This document shows positions 19,231 to 27,570 of a stretch of 39,179 nt of DNA, in pieces; positions within the stretch are counted from its first letter, which is position 1; each line of letters starts with the position of its first letter. The notes beneath the pieces were generated by a model. That model saw only the letters and a list, made by a program, of their open reading frames with translations, was not told where the DNA came from and made no database searches. Source of the DNA: Deltaproteobacteria bacterium (GTDB lineage Bacteria > Bdellovibrionota > UBA1018 > UBA923); the NCBI GenBank assembly GCA_016194795.1, contig JACQAX010000029.1, forward strand, positions 1 to 39,179. Direction: 5' to 3'. The position numbers were made by a program, and so were the translations under genes.

Positions 19231-19773
19231 ATGGCCAATCCTTCGACACTCTACCGCTTCCGAATCGCGCTTTCCGACGTCGACCGCGGCGTCTACGAGT
19301 CGCTCGACCTGCGCGTCCCCATGCACCCGTCGGAGTCCGTGCCCTATCTTCTCACGCGCGTGCTCGCCTATGCCCTGAACTACGAGGACGGCCTTGCGCT
19401 CTCCAAGGGCCTTTGCGATCCCGACGAGCCGGCGATGAGCCTGCCCGGCGTGAACGGCGGCATCGCCAAGTGGATCGACATCGGCAACCCCGCCGCGCGT
19501 CGCCTGCACAAGGCCTCGAAGGCCGCGCGACTGGTGCGCGTCTACACCTACAAGGATCCCGAGTCGATCAAGCGCGAGGCCGCCGGCGAGCAGATCCATC
19601 GGGCAGGCGAGATCGAGATCTTTTCGTTCGATGGGCCGTTCATGAAATCGCTTGAGGCGCAGCTCGAGCGCGACAACGAGTGGACCGTCTTGCATAACGA
19701 CGCGCAGCTCGTCGTCACGATCGGCGACGAAAACATCGCGAGCACCGTGCACGCCCACCGGCTTGAGGTATAA
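19231..19773 (+). CDS. yaeQ: YaeQ family protein (PD-(D/E)XK-like fold)
   Basis: The 180-aa ORF aligns by eye with E. coli YaeQ: TLYRFRIALSDVDRGVYESLDLRVPMHPSES...LLTRVLAYAL...LSKGLCDPDEPAM...WIDIGNP..RRLHKASKAA..V.VYTY. Confidence 0.85.
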   Translation: MANPSTLYRFRIALSDVDRGVYESLDLRVPMHPSESVPYLLTRVLAYALNYEDGLALSKGLCDPDEPAMSLPGVNGGIAKWIDIGNPAARRLHKASKAARLVRVYTYKDPESIKREAAGEQIHRAGEIEIFSFDGPFMKSLEAQLERDNEWTVLHNDAQLVVTIGDENIASTVHAHRLEV

Positions 19774-19780
19774 GGAAAGC

Positions 19781-20563
19781 ATGAAGCGCCAGCCCGTCAT
19801 CTTCATCGGCCACGGCAACCCCATGTATGCGATCGAGGACAACGCCTTCACGCGCTCGCTCTCGGAGCTCGGTGCCGCGGTCGGGAAGCCGCGCGCCGTC
19901 CTCTGCGTTTCGGCGCACTGGATGACCGAGGGCTCGTGGCTCACGCACATGAAGAGCCCGAAAACGATCCACGACTTCTACGGCTTTCCCAAAGAGCTCT
20001 TCGACGTGCGCTACCCCGCGCCCGGAAGCCCCGAGACGGCCGAGCTCGCGCGCGCGAGCGTCCCGAACCCCGCGCTTCAGCTCGACGACGAGCTCTGGGG
20101 CCTCGACCACGGCACGTGGGCCGTTCTTCGGCACATGTATCCCGAGGCCGACGTCCCGGTCGTGCAGCTCAGCATCTACCTGGCGCAGCCGGCGGAGTAC
20201 CATCTCGAGCTCGGCCGAAAGCTTCGCGCGCTTCGCGACCAGGGCGTGCTCATCGTGGGCAGCGGCAACATCGTCCACAACCTGCGCACGATGCGCTGGG
20301 AGGAGGGCGCCAAGCCCTACGACTGGGCCGTCGAGTTCGACGCCTGGGTGAAAGACAAGCTCGTGCGTCGCGACTACGAGGCGCTCGCGCGAGAGGCGAT
20401 GGCGTCCGAGGCGGGTAAGCTCAGCATCCCGACGCCCGACCACTGGTATCCGCTCTTTTACGCGCTCGGCGCCTCCGACGAGCGCGACGAGCTTCGCTTC
20501 ACGCACGAGTCGATTGACAACGGGTCGATTTCGATGCGTTGTCTGACCTTGGGAGAAAAATAA
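19781..20563 (+). CDS. ygiD: 4,5-DOPA dioxygenase extradiol (YgiD family)
   Basis: Strong by-eye match to E. coli YgiD: [84 protein letters not shown] 19781 is preceded by AAGGAAAG. The track ORF start at 19652 overlaps yaeQ and is rejected. Confidence 0.9.
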   Translation: MKRQPVIFIGHGNPMYAIEDNAFTRSLSELGAAVGKPRAVLCVSAHWMTEGSWLTHMKSPKTIHDFYGFPKELFDVRYPAPGSPETAELARASVPNPALQLDDELWGLDHGTWAVLRHMYPEADVPVVQLSIYLAQPAEYHLELGRKLRALRDQGVLIVGSGNIVHNLRTMRWEEGAKPYDWAVEFDAWVKDKLVRRDYEALAREAMASEAGKLSIPTPDHWYPLFYALGASDERDELRFTHESIDNGSISMRCLTLGEK

Positions 20564-21150
20564 TGGCCACCCTGTCCAAAGACGCGCTCGACCAGCTCTT
20601 TTACAAGGCCCGCACGCACAGCGACTGGCTCGACAAGCCCGTATCCGACGAAACGCTGCGCGCGATCCACGATCTGATGAAGTGGCCGCCGACGAGCGCC
20701 AACTGCTCGCCGGCGCGCATCGTGTTCGTGAAGTCGAAGGCCGCCAAGGAAAAGCTTCTGGCGTGCGTCTCGCCGGGCAACCTCGAGAAGACGAAGAACG
20801 CGCCGGTCACCGCGATCATCGCCGAGGACATGAAGTTCTACGACAAGCTCCCGAAGCTCTTTCCGCACACCGATGCCCGGTCGTGGTTCGCCGGCAACGA
20901 GCCGCTCATCGAGAAGACGGCTTTCCGCAACGGCACGCTCCAAGGCGCGTATCTGATGTTGGCGGCCCGCGCGCTCGGGGTCGACTGCGGACCGATGTCG
21001 GGCTTCGACAACGCCAAGCTCGACGCGGCGTTTTTCGCCGGCACGAGCGTGCGTTCGAATTTCCTCTGCAACCTCGGTTACGGAAATCCCGAGAAGCTCT
21101 TCCCGCGCTCGCCGCGCCTGGACTTCGAAGAGGCCTGCAGCATCGCCTAG
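20563..21150 (+). CDS. rutE: nitroreductase-family malonic semialdehyde reductase RutE-like
   Basis: By-eye match to E. coli RutE: [98 protein letters not shown]. The TAATG overlap with the ygiD stop suggests translational coupling. No other rut genes are adjacent, so the specific function is uncertain. Confidence 0.8.
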   Translation: MATLSKDALDQLFYKARTHSDWLDKPVSDETLRAIHDLMKWPPTSANCSPARIVFVKSKAAKEKLLACVSPGNLEKTKNAPVTAIIAEDMKFYDKLPKLFPHTDARSWFAGNEPLIEKTAFRNGTLQGAYLMLAARALGVDCGPMSGFDNAKLDAAFFAGTSVRSNFLCNLGYGNPEKLFPRSPRLDFEEACSIA

Positions 21151-21184
21151 GTGGCTGGTCCGGGCGTTGCATTGACCGGTAGCC

Positions 21185-21685
21185 ATGAAAACTCGTGTGC
21201 TGCTCGCGGGCCTTTGCGTGCTGACCGTGCTCTTTGCATCATGCGGCGACTCCGGTGGCGGGGGCGGCGCGCCGGGCACGGCGCCCTCGGCCGCAAGCGG
21301 CGCCTCGGCCTCCTCGCCGCTGCCGCCGGCCGGCGGCACCGTGGCGATGCCGCTCCAGCGCGGCGTCTGGGGCGGCGCTCGGAGCACGCTCGTCGTCAAC
21401 GACACCAACGCGCAATATCGCTACCAGTGCAACACCGGCCAGGTTCCCATGACGATCACAGCCGACGCCAACGGCTTCTTCGACGTCGACGGAAGCGTGA
21501 CCGAGGCCCACGGAGGGCCGCAGCGCCCGGGCGACACGCACCCGGCGCGCTTCACCGGAACGGTGAGCGGCTCGGTGCTCGATCTCACCGTGAATTTCAT
21601 CAACAGCCAGGGCAACTCGGTGAGCTACGTCGACCGGCTCGAGCTCGGCTTCGAGGGCCCCGCTCCCGGGATTTGTCCGCTCTAG
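21185..21685 (+). CDS. hypothetical lipoprotein
   Basis: MKTRVLLAGLCVLTVLFASCGDSGGGGG has a signal sequence, a lipobox-like FASC and a Gly/Ser/Ala linker. No family recognised. Confidence 0.65.
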   Translation: MKTRVLLAGLCVLTVLFASCGDSGGGGGAPGTAPSAASGASASSPLPPAGGTVAMPLQRGVWGGARSTLVVNDTNAQYRYQCNTGQVPMTITADANGFFDVDGSVTEAHGGPQRPGDTHPARFTGTVSGSVLDLTVNFINSQGNSVSYVDRLELGFEGPAPGICPL

Positions 21686-21727
21686 GCCTCACTCTATCGA
21701 AGCGCCCGGGATTCCGATAAGCGAGCG

Positions 21728-22318
21728 ATGGCCTCCGTTCTCGTGCTCCTCCTGGGAATTGTTTTCCCGCTACTGGCCGGCGTGGCGCAAGCCAACGACC
21801 GCGAGTCGCACTTTCTCGCCTCCGGTGAGCTCGGCGCGCGCTACCACACCGGCACCAAGGGAAAGAGCTGGGACAAGGCCGTCGGCCCGTACGCGTATTT
21901 CCAGTCGGAGGCGCGGCGCGGCGCGCTCTGCCCGAACATGGGTGTGGCGCTCGAGCTCATTACTGGGAACGCGACGCTCCCATCCGGCGGAGTCACGGGT
22001 ACCGCGCTGACCGGCGCGATCTATCCCGGGCTCGACGTCTTTTTCACGCGGGCGACAAAGCTCCAGCCTTTCGTGGACGTGCACGGCATCGCGAGCTGGA
22101 ACTACGTTTCTCTTTCGCCGGTCGTGCCGGCGACGGCCGAGAAGTCGCTCGCTCTTGGCTTTGGGTTCGAAGCGGGGATCGGCCTTCATTATTACTACCA
22201 TGGCGGCTCGCGCGCCTATCGGGTGCACGCCAGTTATATGAGCTACACGGCGAAGGTTTCTGAACAAACCGGATTTCAGTTTACAGGATACGGCCTCTCG
22301 CTCGGCCTGGCCTTCTAG
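21728..22318 (+). CDS. small outer-membrane beta-barrel protein (hypothetical)
   Basis: Signal peptide ...LLAGVAQA|NDRE, alternating hydrophobic strands, and a C-terminal GYGLSLGLAF ending in Phe, as is typical of OMPs. Confidence 0.6.
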   Translation: MASVLVLLLGIVFPLLAGVAQANDRESHFLASGELGARYHTGTKGKSWDKAVGPYAYFQSEARRGALCPNMGVALELITGNATLPSGGVTGTALTGAIYPGLDVFFTRATKLQPFVDVHGIASWNYVSLSPVVPATAEKSLALGFGFEAGIGLHYYYHGGSRAYRVHASYMSYTAKVSEQTGFQFTGYGLSLGLAF

Positions 22319-22335
22319 TAGACTCGTCCTCAGGG

Positions 22336-22566
22336 GTGGCATCCCCACTGCATCCTTATTACGACATGCCGATACCCACCCCCAAGAAGCCAACCGAGAA
22401 CGACGCACCCAAGCCTTATAAAGATGAGAGCCAGGTTCAGCGAGAGCTGCTGATCGAGGGACAGATCGACCGGGTTTACTCCCCGGAGGAGCTCCACGAG
22501 TCCAATGAGAGCGAGTACGAGGAGCTCGAAAAGGCGCTTAAAAACCAGCAGAAGAAGGCCGGGTAG
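22336..22566 (+). CDS. small acidic hypothetical protein
   Basis: 76-aa ORF rich in E, K and P (ELHESNESEYEELEKALKNQQKKAG). Start is uncertain: the track start or the internal MPIPTPKK. No homology recognised. Confidence 0.35.
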   Translation: MASPLHPYYDMPIPTPKKPTENDAPKPYKDESQVQRELLIEGQIDRVYSPEELHESNESEYEELEKALKNQQKKAG

Positions 22567-22610
22567 TCAAAAAAGTAGACAACATCATGTAATTATTACC
22601 GTATTAATAG

Positions 22611-22639
22611 TTGACTATAACTATCAACAATACTAGAAT
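22611..22639 (+). promoter_or_regulatory. sigma70-type promoter for the lipoprotein-OmpA operon
   Basis: TTGACT (22611-22616), a 17-nt spacer, then TAGAAT (22634-22639), in an AT-rich intergenic island. It is followed by AGGAG (22657-22661) and ATG 22668. Confidence 0.6.
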
Positions 22640-22667
22640 AGTGCTTAGTTTTAAGCAGGAGCCCAAT

Positions 22668-23738
22668 ATGCGCTGTTCCAAGTTGATGGTTGCTCTCTCG
22701 TTCTCGGTCGTGCTCACGACAGGCTGTGGTCAGGGACCCGCCCTCACCAAAGAAGCCGGACAGGCTGCGGCAACAAGCCAGTCGCCCGCTCAGGCCAGCA
22801 AGGGCGCGGGCCCCGGGCTCGAAAAGTCGGACGCGAAGGATACGAAGCTCGAAAACAACGATCCCAAGCCTACCGATCCCAAGCCCACCGATCCCAAACC
22901 CGCCGAAGTGAAGCCAGCCGAAACGGCTCCGAAGGTCGTCGAAACCAAGCCCCAGCCGCCGGTTGCCCCGGTCGTCGTGGTCGTCGCCGCCGAGAAGGGC
23001 GCCAACGGCACCAACGGCATCGACGGCGCCAACGGCATCAGCGGCTGCAAGACGAACTCGGCCGAGTCGCAGACCTTCCCGGCCGAGCGCATGGTTTCCA
23101 AGGATCGCAAGAAGTGGGCGGCCCCGCTTCGCGACACGAAGGTTCGCGCGATCCCGCGCCTGAGCCTGGGCGATACCTCCAAGCCCAATGTCCAGTACGT
23201 GCTCGACTCGATGGTCTTCTTCGGCTTCCACGTGAAGCTGCCGGCGCTGAAGTACGTGCGCGTGAAGAAGGCGCTGCTCACGCTCGAGCTCACGAAGATC
23301 ATGGCCGACTGTTATCCCTGGACGGAGTGGATCTCGCTCCTCGACGAGAAGATCTCGTCGGGCGTGCGCTACGAGGCGTCCAACTATCTCGCCAACAACA
23401 ACCCGAAGTATCCTGAGATGTCGAACGACGCCTTCTCCGAGATCATCCGCGACATCGTCGCCCCGGAGTCGCGCCACGACGACAAGACCAAGCCGTGGTG
23501 CAAGCCCAAGACGCATGACGTCTACCCGGCGACCGTGACCATCACGCTCGACGACATCCTGCGCGGAAGCAAGTACGGCACCGCGCACGAATACCTCTAT
23601 CGCAAAGCCGCGCAGAGCGAGCCCCTGGAGCTTGCGATCCCGATCGCCGTCGGTGACGACTCCCGCGTCACAACGGCCAGCCTGACGATCGAATGGGAAG
23701 AAGACACGTGTGCAAGCGGTAAAGGAGCACAAAAATGA
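22668..23738 (+). CDS. hypothetical lipoprotein with Pro-rich PTDPK tandem and GANGTNGIDGANGISG segment
   Basis: MRCSKLMVALSFSVVLTTGCGQGP has a signal sequence plus lipobox. AGGAG lies 6 nt upstream of ATG 22668. The track start at 22611 sits inside the promoter and is rejected. The stop overlaps the next ATG (ATGA). Confidence 0.75.
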   Translation: MRCSKLMVALSFSVVLTTGCGQGPALTKEAGQAAATSQSPAQASKGAGPGLEKSDAKDTKLENNDPKPTDPKPTDPKPAEVKPAETAPKVVETKPQPPVAPVVVVVAAEKGANGTNGIDGANGISGCKTNSAESQTFPAERMVSKDRKKWAAPLRDTKVRAIPRLSLGDTSKPNVQYVLDSMVFFGFHVKLPALKYVRVKKALLTLELTKIMADCYPWTEWISLLDEKISSGVRYEASNYLANNNPKYPEMSNDAFSEIIRDIVAPESRHDDKTKPWCKPKTHDVYPATVTITLDDILRGSKYGTAHEYLYRKAAQSEPLELAIPIAVGDDSRVTTASLTIEWEEDTCASGKGAQK

Positions 23739-25063
23739 AGAAATCCATTCTCAGCGTCGCGGCGGTCGCCGCGATGACGTCGGCCACGGCGAATGCCGCC
23801 CTGAACGTCCAGCTCATGAACGTCTCGATGAGCTCGTCCTACACGATGACCGAGGACGCGATGAGCGACAAGCTCTCCGAGGCGCTGCAGTTCGGCGCGA
23901 TGTACAACTACGTCAATCGCCCGCTCGTCGAGGTGACGCCGGATCGCAAGACGCGTACCGCGGATGTCATCAGCGCGATCAACACCGTCGACATCACCGG
24001 CGGCTACTACTTCAACGACCGTTTCTTCGTCGGCGCCGACATGCCGATCAATATGGTGACGATGCCGGGCAAGGCCCAGCAGTTCTCGCTGGCCGACTCG
24101 CGCCTGCTCGCCAAGGTCCGCTTGACCGAAGACAAGGCCCCGGTGAGCTTCGCGCTCATCCCCGAGCTCTACATCCCGACGGGCGACCGCTCGCTCTATC
24201 TTTCGGACGGCGCGTTCGGCGGCGGCATCAAGGCCGCGCTCGAGCACGAGTTCGGCAAGATGCGCGTCTCGGGCAACCTGGGCTTCCGCCACAACGAAGG
24301 CTCGAGCCTCCAAGACATCAACTACCACAACCGCCTGACCGGCGGGCTCGGCAGCAAGATCTACCTGGGCCCGAAGTGGTCGCTCAACGTCGAGGTCTCG
24401 GGCGCGATGCTGCTTCCGCAGCGCACCGACCAGAACATGGGTGAGGCCTACCTCGGCGCGCGCTACCTCCTGCGCCAGGACATGGCCGTCACGCTCGGCG
24501 GCGCCGTCGGCGCGTTCAACAACGTCGGCAGCTCCGACTACCGCATCGTCGCCGGCCTGCAGATCTTCGCCGTCCCGACCAAAAGCGAGCCGACCTACTA
24601 CGCTCCGGCGCCCCAGCCGAGAGTCTCGGCCGTCGCCAAGCCCGTGATCGCCGCGGCCTCCGCGCGCGTGTTCTACGAGCACAAGCAGATCCGCGTGACC
24701 GAAGAAGTGAAGTTCAAGCATGACAGCTCCGAGCTCGTCGCCTCGGGCATGAGCCTGCTCGACGAGGTCGCCCAGGTCATCAAGAAGAACCAGCCCTACA
24801 TCAAGACCATCACCATCGAGGGCCACACCAACGAGATCGGCTCGCACCAGTACAACATGAACCTCTCGCGCGAACGCGCCGCCTCGGTGAAGGAATACCT
24901 CACCTCGCGCGGCGTGCCCGAGAGCATGCTCGCCACGGTCGGTTACGGCAAGACGCGCCCCAAGGTCATGCCGGGCCTGGCCAAGCAGGCTCGCCTCAAC
25001 GCCAACCGCCGCGTCGAGTTCAAGGTGCAGGAGCAGCCGGCCAAGCGGCTCGTGCAGAAATAA
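23735..25063 (+). CDS. OmpA-family outer membrane protein (N-terminal barrel-like region plus C-terminal OmpA/MotB peptidoglycan-binding domain)
   Basis: Signal MKKSILSVAAVAAMTSATANA. C-terminus ITIEGHTNEIGSHQYNMNLSRERAASVKEYLTSRGVPESMLATVGYGKTRP...NRRVEFKV is the canonical OmpA_C pattern. Confidence 0.9.
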   Translation: MKKSILSVAAVAAMTSATANAALNVQLMNVSMSSSYTMTEDAMSDKLSEALQFGAMYNYVNRPLVEVTPDRKTRTADVISAINTVDITGGYYFNDRFFVGADMPINMVTMPGKAQQFSLADSRLLAKVRLTEDKAPVSFALIPELYIPTGDRSLYLSDGAFGGGIKAALEHEFGKMRVSGNLGFRHNEGSSLQDINYHNRLTGGLGSKIYLGPKWSLNVEVSGAMLLPQRTDQNMGEAYLGARYLLRQDMAVTLGGAVGAFNNVGSSDYRIVAGLQIFAVPTKSEPTYYAPAPQPRVSAVAKPVIAAASARVFYEHKQIRVTEEVKFKHDSSELVASGMSLLDEVAQVIKKNQPYIKTITIEGHTNEIGSHQYNMNLSRERAASVKEYLTSRGVPESMLATVGYGKTRPKVMPGLAKQARLNANRRVEFKVQEQPAKRLVQK

Positions 25064-25069
25064 GCGCTC

Positions 25070-25660
25070 CTACTTCGACGACGACGAACGCGACATGAAG
25101 TGCGTGAGCACGATGCCGACGAACAGAAACGACGTCAGGATCTGCACGACCACGAGAAGCTGGCCCGCGCCGCCGAGGTTCCAGTAAAGCGTCGCGAACG
25201 CCACGATGATCTCGACGAGGTTGATCTGCAGCAGCAGCATCGAGCGCGTTTTCGAGGCCGGTCCCGAGTAGATGTGCTCGAGAAAGACCAGGCCGAGCAG
25301 ATAGCTCACGAGGTCGAAGAGAAACAGCGTCGCCAGCCCCGCCGAGAGCCGGGACGTGCGCCCCGCGCTCGCGTCGAGCCAAAGCAGCGCGAACAGGACG
25401 GCCGGAACCGCGAGAGCGTAGAGCTCGACGCTGATCTTGCGGCCTTTGGCGCCGATCATCCCACCGAGCCAACGCACGAACATCACCGGCATGAAGAGCT
25501 TGAAGACGAGCAGCGCGAGCAGGGCCCAGCGCTCCAGGCCGAAGGGCTCGATTCTCGCGCTCGAGTGCGCCGACTTCGTCCAGATCTTCCGGATGTACTG
25601 CAGCTGCTTTTTGTAAGCGCCGATCGGCTTCGGCATGTGCTCGATGTGCAGGTGGGGCAT
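25070..25660 (-). CDS. hypothetical polytopic membrane protein
   Basis: 196-aa ORF with 4-5 hydrophobic helices (WALLALLVFKLFMPVMFV, LYALAVPAVLFALLWL, LATLFLFDLVSYLLGLVFL, LLLLQINLVEIIVAFATLYW, LLVVVQILTSFLFVGIVL). No family recognised. It is third in a tightly coupled minus-strand set. Confidence 0.65.
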   Translation of the reverse strand: MPHLHIEHMPKPIGAYKKQLQYIRKIWTKSAHSSARIEPFGLERWALLALLVFKLFMPVMFVRWLGGMIGAKGRKISVELYALAVPAVLFALLWLDASAGRTSRLSAGLATLFLFDLVSYLLGLVFLEHIYSGPASKTRSMLLLQINLVEIIVAFATLYWNLGGAGQLLVVVQILTSFLFVGIVLTHFMSRSSSSK

Positions 25661-25664
25661 GCCC

Positions 25665-25766
25665 TCAGTGTAACATGAGAACGGCGCCCGCGGGCGAGGC
25701 GATCAGCAGCGCGAGCACGACGCAGGCGGCGGCGAAAACTACTTGCAGGTCGAAACGGTCGATCAT
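25665..25766 (-). CDS. 33-aa hydrophobic micropeptide (not in the ORF track)
   Basis: My own translation of the minus strand gives MIDRFDLQVVFAAACVVLALLIASPAGAVLMLH*. Its ATG overlaps the stop of the upstream 23-aa ORF (ATGA), and its stop lies 4 nt before ATG 25660 of the membrane protein. Confidence 0.45.
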   Translation of the reverse strand: MIDRFDLQVVFAAACVVLALLIASPAGAVLMLH

Positions 25767-25834
25767 TTTAATACTCCAATCGCATAAGTCGAAATCAGGG
25801 TCGCGGCCATCATGATGAAGATCAGAAATTTCAT
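25763..25834 (-). CDS. 23-aa hydrophobic micropeptide (not in the ORF track)
   Basis: My own translation of the minus strand gives MKFLIFIMMAATLISTYAIGVLK*. It is preceded by a purine-rich RBS (GGAGAGAGAGGG, 5 nt upstream of the ATG). It forms a single TM helix. Confidence 0.45.
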   Translation of the reverse strand: MKFLIFIMMAATLISTYAIGVLK

Positions 25835-25929
25835 GGAACCCTCTCTCTCCTGGCCGACTCCTTTTGCAGCCGTTGTGCCAGGGCAGCGGGGGGGCGCGAG
25901 AGCGCGTATAGCGCGGGAAACGGGCGAGG

Positions 25930-25988
25930 CTGCCGGCGTTCCGGCAGCCGGGGCGGCCGGAAAGCCGCTTCTGCCGGGTTCCCGGCAG
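25930..25988. promoter_or_regulatory. two copies of the palindrome CTGCCGG-N-CCGGCAG in the divergent intergenic region
   Basis: 25930-25947 is CTGCCGG cgtt CCGGCAG. 25971-25988 is CTGCCGGG tt CCCGGCAG. The centres are 41 bp apart, and the second copy ends 3 nt before the -35 box of the arsR-family promoter. Confidence 0.4.
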
Positions 25989-25991
25989 GGC

Positions 25992-26028
25992 TTGACAAAT
26001 ATATTAGTAAATCATAATATACTAATAT
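25992..26028 (+). promoter_or_regulatory. promoter plus ArsR-type operator; probably a leaderless transcript
   Basis: TTGACA (25992-25997), a 17-nt spacer, then TAATAT (26015-26020). The ATG at 26027 is only 6 nt after the -10 box and has no SD sequence. The 9-bp inverted repeat ATATTAGTA (26001-26009) / TACTAATAT (26020-26028) spans the -10 box and the start codon. Confidence 0.6.
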
Positions 26029-26326
26029 GGGTACCGGAACACCGACGCTGATCGAGGAGTGCGAAAATGCCGCGAAGATGCTGCGGGCACTGGCGCATCC
26101 GCAGCGTCTCCAGATTCTTTGCCACCTGTCCGAGGACGAGCTTGCGGTTTCGGAGCTCGAGCGGCGCTGCGGCGCCTCCCAGTCGGCGGTGTCGCAGTTT
26201 CTCGCCAGGATGAAGGCTGAAGGCCTTGTCGCGTCGAGAAGGGACGGGAACTTCGTCTACTACCGGATTCAGGACTCGAAGGTGCGGAAGCTGATCCGCG
26301 CGATGCACGGAATATTCTGTCCGTAA
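26027..26326 (+). CDS. ArsR/SmtB-family transcriptional regulator (YgaV-like)
   Basis: LRALAHPQRLQILCHLSEDELAVSELERRCGASQSAVSQFLARMKAEGLVASRRDGNFVYYRI is the canonical winged-HTH ArsR pattern. Confidence 0.9.
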   Translation: MGTGTPTLIEECENAAKMLRALAHPQRLQILCHLSEDELAVSELERRCGASQSAVSQFLARMKAEGLVASRRDGNFVYYRIQDSKVRKLIRAMHGIFCP

Positions 26327-26342
26327 CGAAAGGACGCCATCC

Positions 26343-26855
26343 ATGAAGCAGGTTATCATCGACGTGAGGGAGAAAGACGAGTTCAAGGCCGACCGGGTCG
26401 CCGGCTCGATCAACGTTCCGCTCTCGGAGCTCGGGCACCAGGCACCGGGTATCTTGAAAAATCTCGACGGCTGCTCGTTCGTGCTCATGTGCCGAAGCGG
26501 CAAGCGCGCCGGGCTTGCCAAGCAACAGCTCGAGCAGCTTGGCCTCGGCTGCGACCTTCAAGTTTACGAAGGCGGCATCCTCGAGTGGAAGCGCCAAGGT
26601 AAGCCCACGGAATGCGCCGGACCGGTCGCGTTTCCGATCATGCGCCAGGTCCAGCTCGTCGCCGGCACCTTGGTGCTTGCGGGAGCGGCGCTCACCTGGT
26701 GGGTCGACCCACGCTGGCTTGCGCTCCCGGCCTTCGTCGGCCTTGGCCTCACGGTCGCCGGAAGCACCGGCTTCTGCGGGATGGCCGAGCTGCTGGCTCG
26801 AATGCCCTGGAACAAGGCCGCACCGAAGGGAGGCGCTTGTGGAAACGCGTGTTAA
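26343..26855 (+). CDS. rhodanese domain protein with C-terminal DUF2892-type membrane anchor (YgaP-like thiosulfate sulfurtransferase)
   Basis: The rhodanese active-site loop is CRSGKRAG, with IIDVREKDEF...GSINVPL. The C-terminal IMRQVQLVAGTLVLAGAALTWW...GLGLTVAGSTGFCGMAELLARMPWN matches the YgaP/DUF2892 two-helix tail. Confidence 0.85.
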   Translation: MKQVIIDVREKDEFKADRVAGSINVPLSELGHQAPGILKNLDGCSFVLMCRSGKRAGLAKQQLEQLGLGCDLQVYEGGILEWKRQGKPTECAGPVAFPIMRQVQLVAGTLVLAGAALTWWVDPRWLALPAFVGLGLTVAGSTGFCGMAELLARMPWNKAAPKGGACGNAC

Positions 26856-27570
26856 GAGGCTCGAAGAGGCGCTCGATCGCGGAGAGGCGTCGCCGCCCAA
26901 GGAATGGCAGCTTCGAATCGTGCAGAGCGAGGAGTGCCAGTCGTATGTCGCCTGGAACGAGACGACGCGCGAGGCGCTGGTCGTTGATCCCAAGCGCGAG
27001 GACTGGAGCGCCTATCTCGCCGTCGCGTCCGAGCTGAGCGGGTATCTCTGGCTTGGCGTCGTCGACACCCACACGCACGCCGACCACGTGTCGGCGGCTC
27101 CGCGGCTGGCCGAGGAGCTGAAGGCGCCTTTGATCATGCACGAGAAAGCGCCGAGCCGAAGGGTGAGCCTGCGCGTCGGTACCGACACGACGCTTGCCTC
27201 GAAGGCGGCTCCGGTCGAGCTTCTTCTCACGCCGGGGCATACGCCGGACTCGTTGAGCGTTCTCTGGGGGCCGTTTCTGTTCAGCGGCGACACGTTGCTT
27301 TACGGCGACGTCGGGCGCGACGACCTGCCCGGCGGCGACCCCGCGGCGCATTTCGAGAGCGTGAGAAAGCTCGAGGCGCGCGCCAGGCCCGACGCGATCG
27401 TTCTGGCGGGCCACGACGGCAAGGGCGGGAGAGCCTCGTCGTGGAAAACCCAGCTCGCGCTCAACGCATCCCTCAGGCAGGGACGAGACGAGTTCGTGCG
27501 CGACGCCGCGGCTTTTGACGCTCCGGCGCCGAAGCTGCTCAAGGAATCACTGAGGGAGAACTTCAAATGA
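26839..27570 (+). CDS. MBL-fold metallo-hydrolase, ETHE1/persulfide-dioxygenase-like
   Basis: VVDTHTHADHVS (HxHxDH), TPGHTPDS, FSGDTLLYGDVGR, LAGHDG. GTG 26839 is preceded by GGGAGG with a 5-nt spacing. The track start at 26515 lies inside the rhodanese gene and is rejected. Confidence 0.8.
   Translation: METRVKRLEEALDRGEASPPKEWQLRIVQSEECQSYVAWNETTREALVVDPKREDWSAYLAVASELSGYLWLGVVDTHTHADHVSAAPRLAEELKAPLIMHEKAPSRRVSLRVGTDTTLASKAAPVELLLTPGHTPDSLSVLWGPFLFSGDTLLYGDVGRDDLPGGDPAAHFESVRKLEARARPDAIVLAGHDGKGGRASSWKTQLALNASLRQGRDEFVRDAAAFDAPAPKLLKESLRENFK

Noticed and set aside
20563-21150. RutE-like gene as evidence for a pyrimidine-degradation (rut) operon
   Set aside because: No rutA-D, rutF or rutG homologues are adjacent. 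The gene is coupled to a ygiD-like dioxygenase instead, so only the family-level call is kept.
22596-24847. Minus-strand ORFs 22596..23732 (378 aa) and 23597..24847 (416 aa)
   Set aside because: These are antisense to the lipoprotein and OmpA genes, which have signal peptides and an OmpA_C motif. The antisense products are Arg/Asp/Gly/Val low-complexity.
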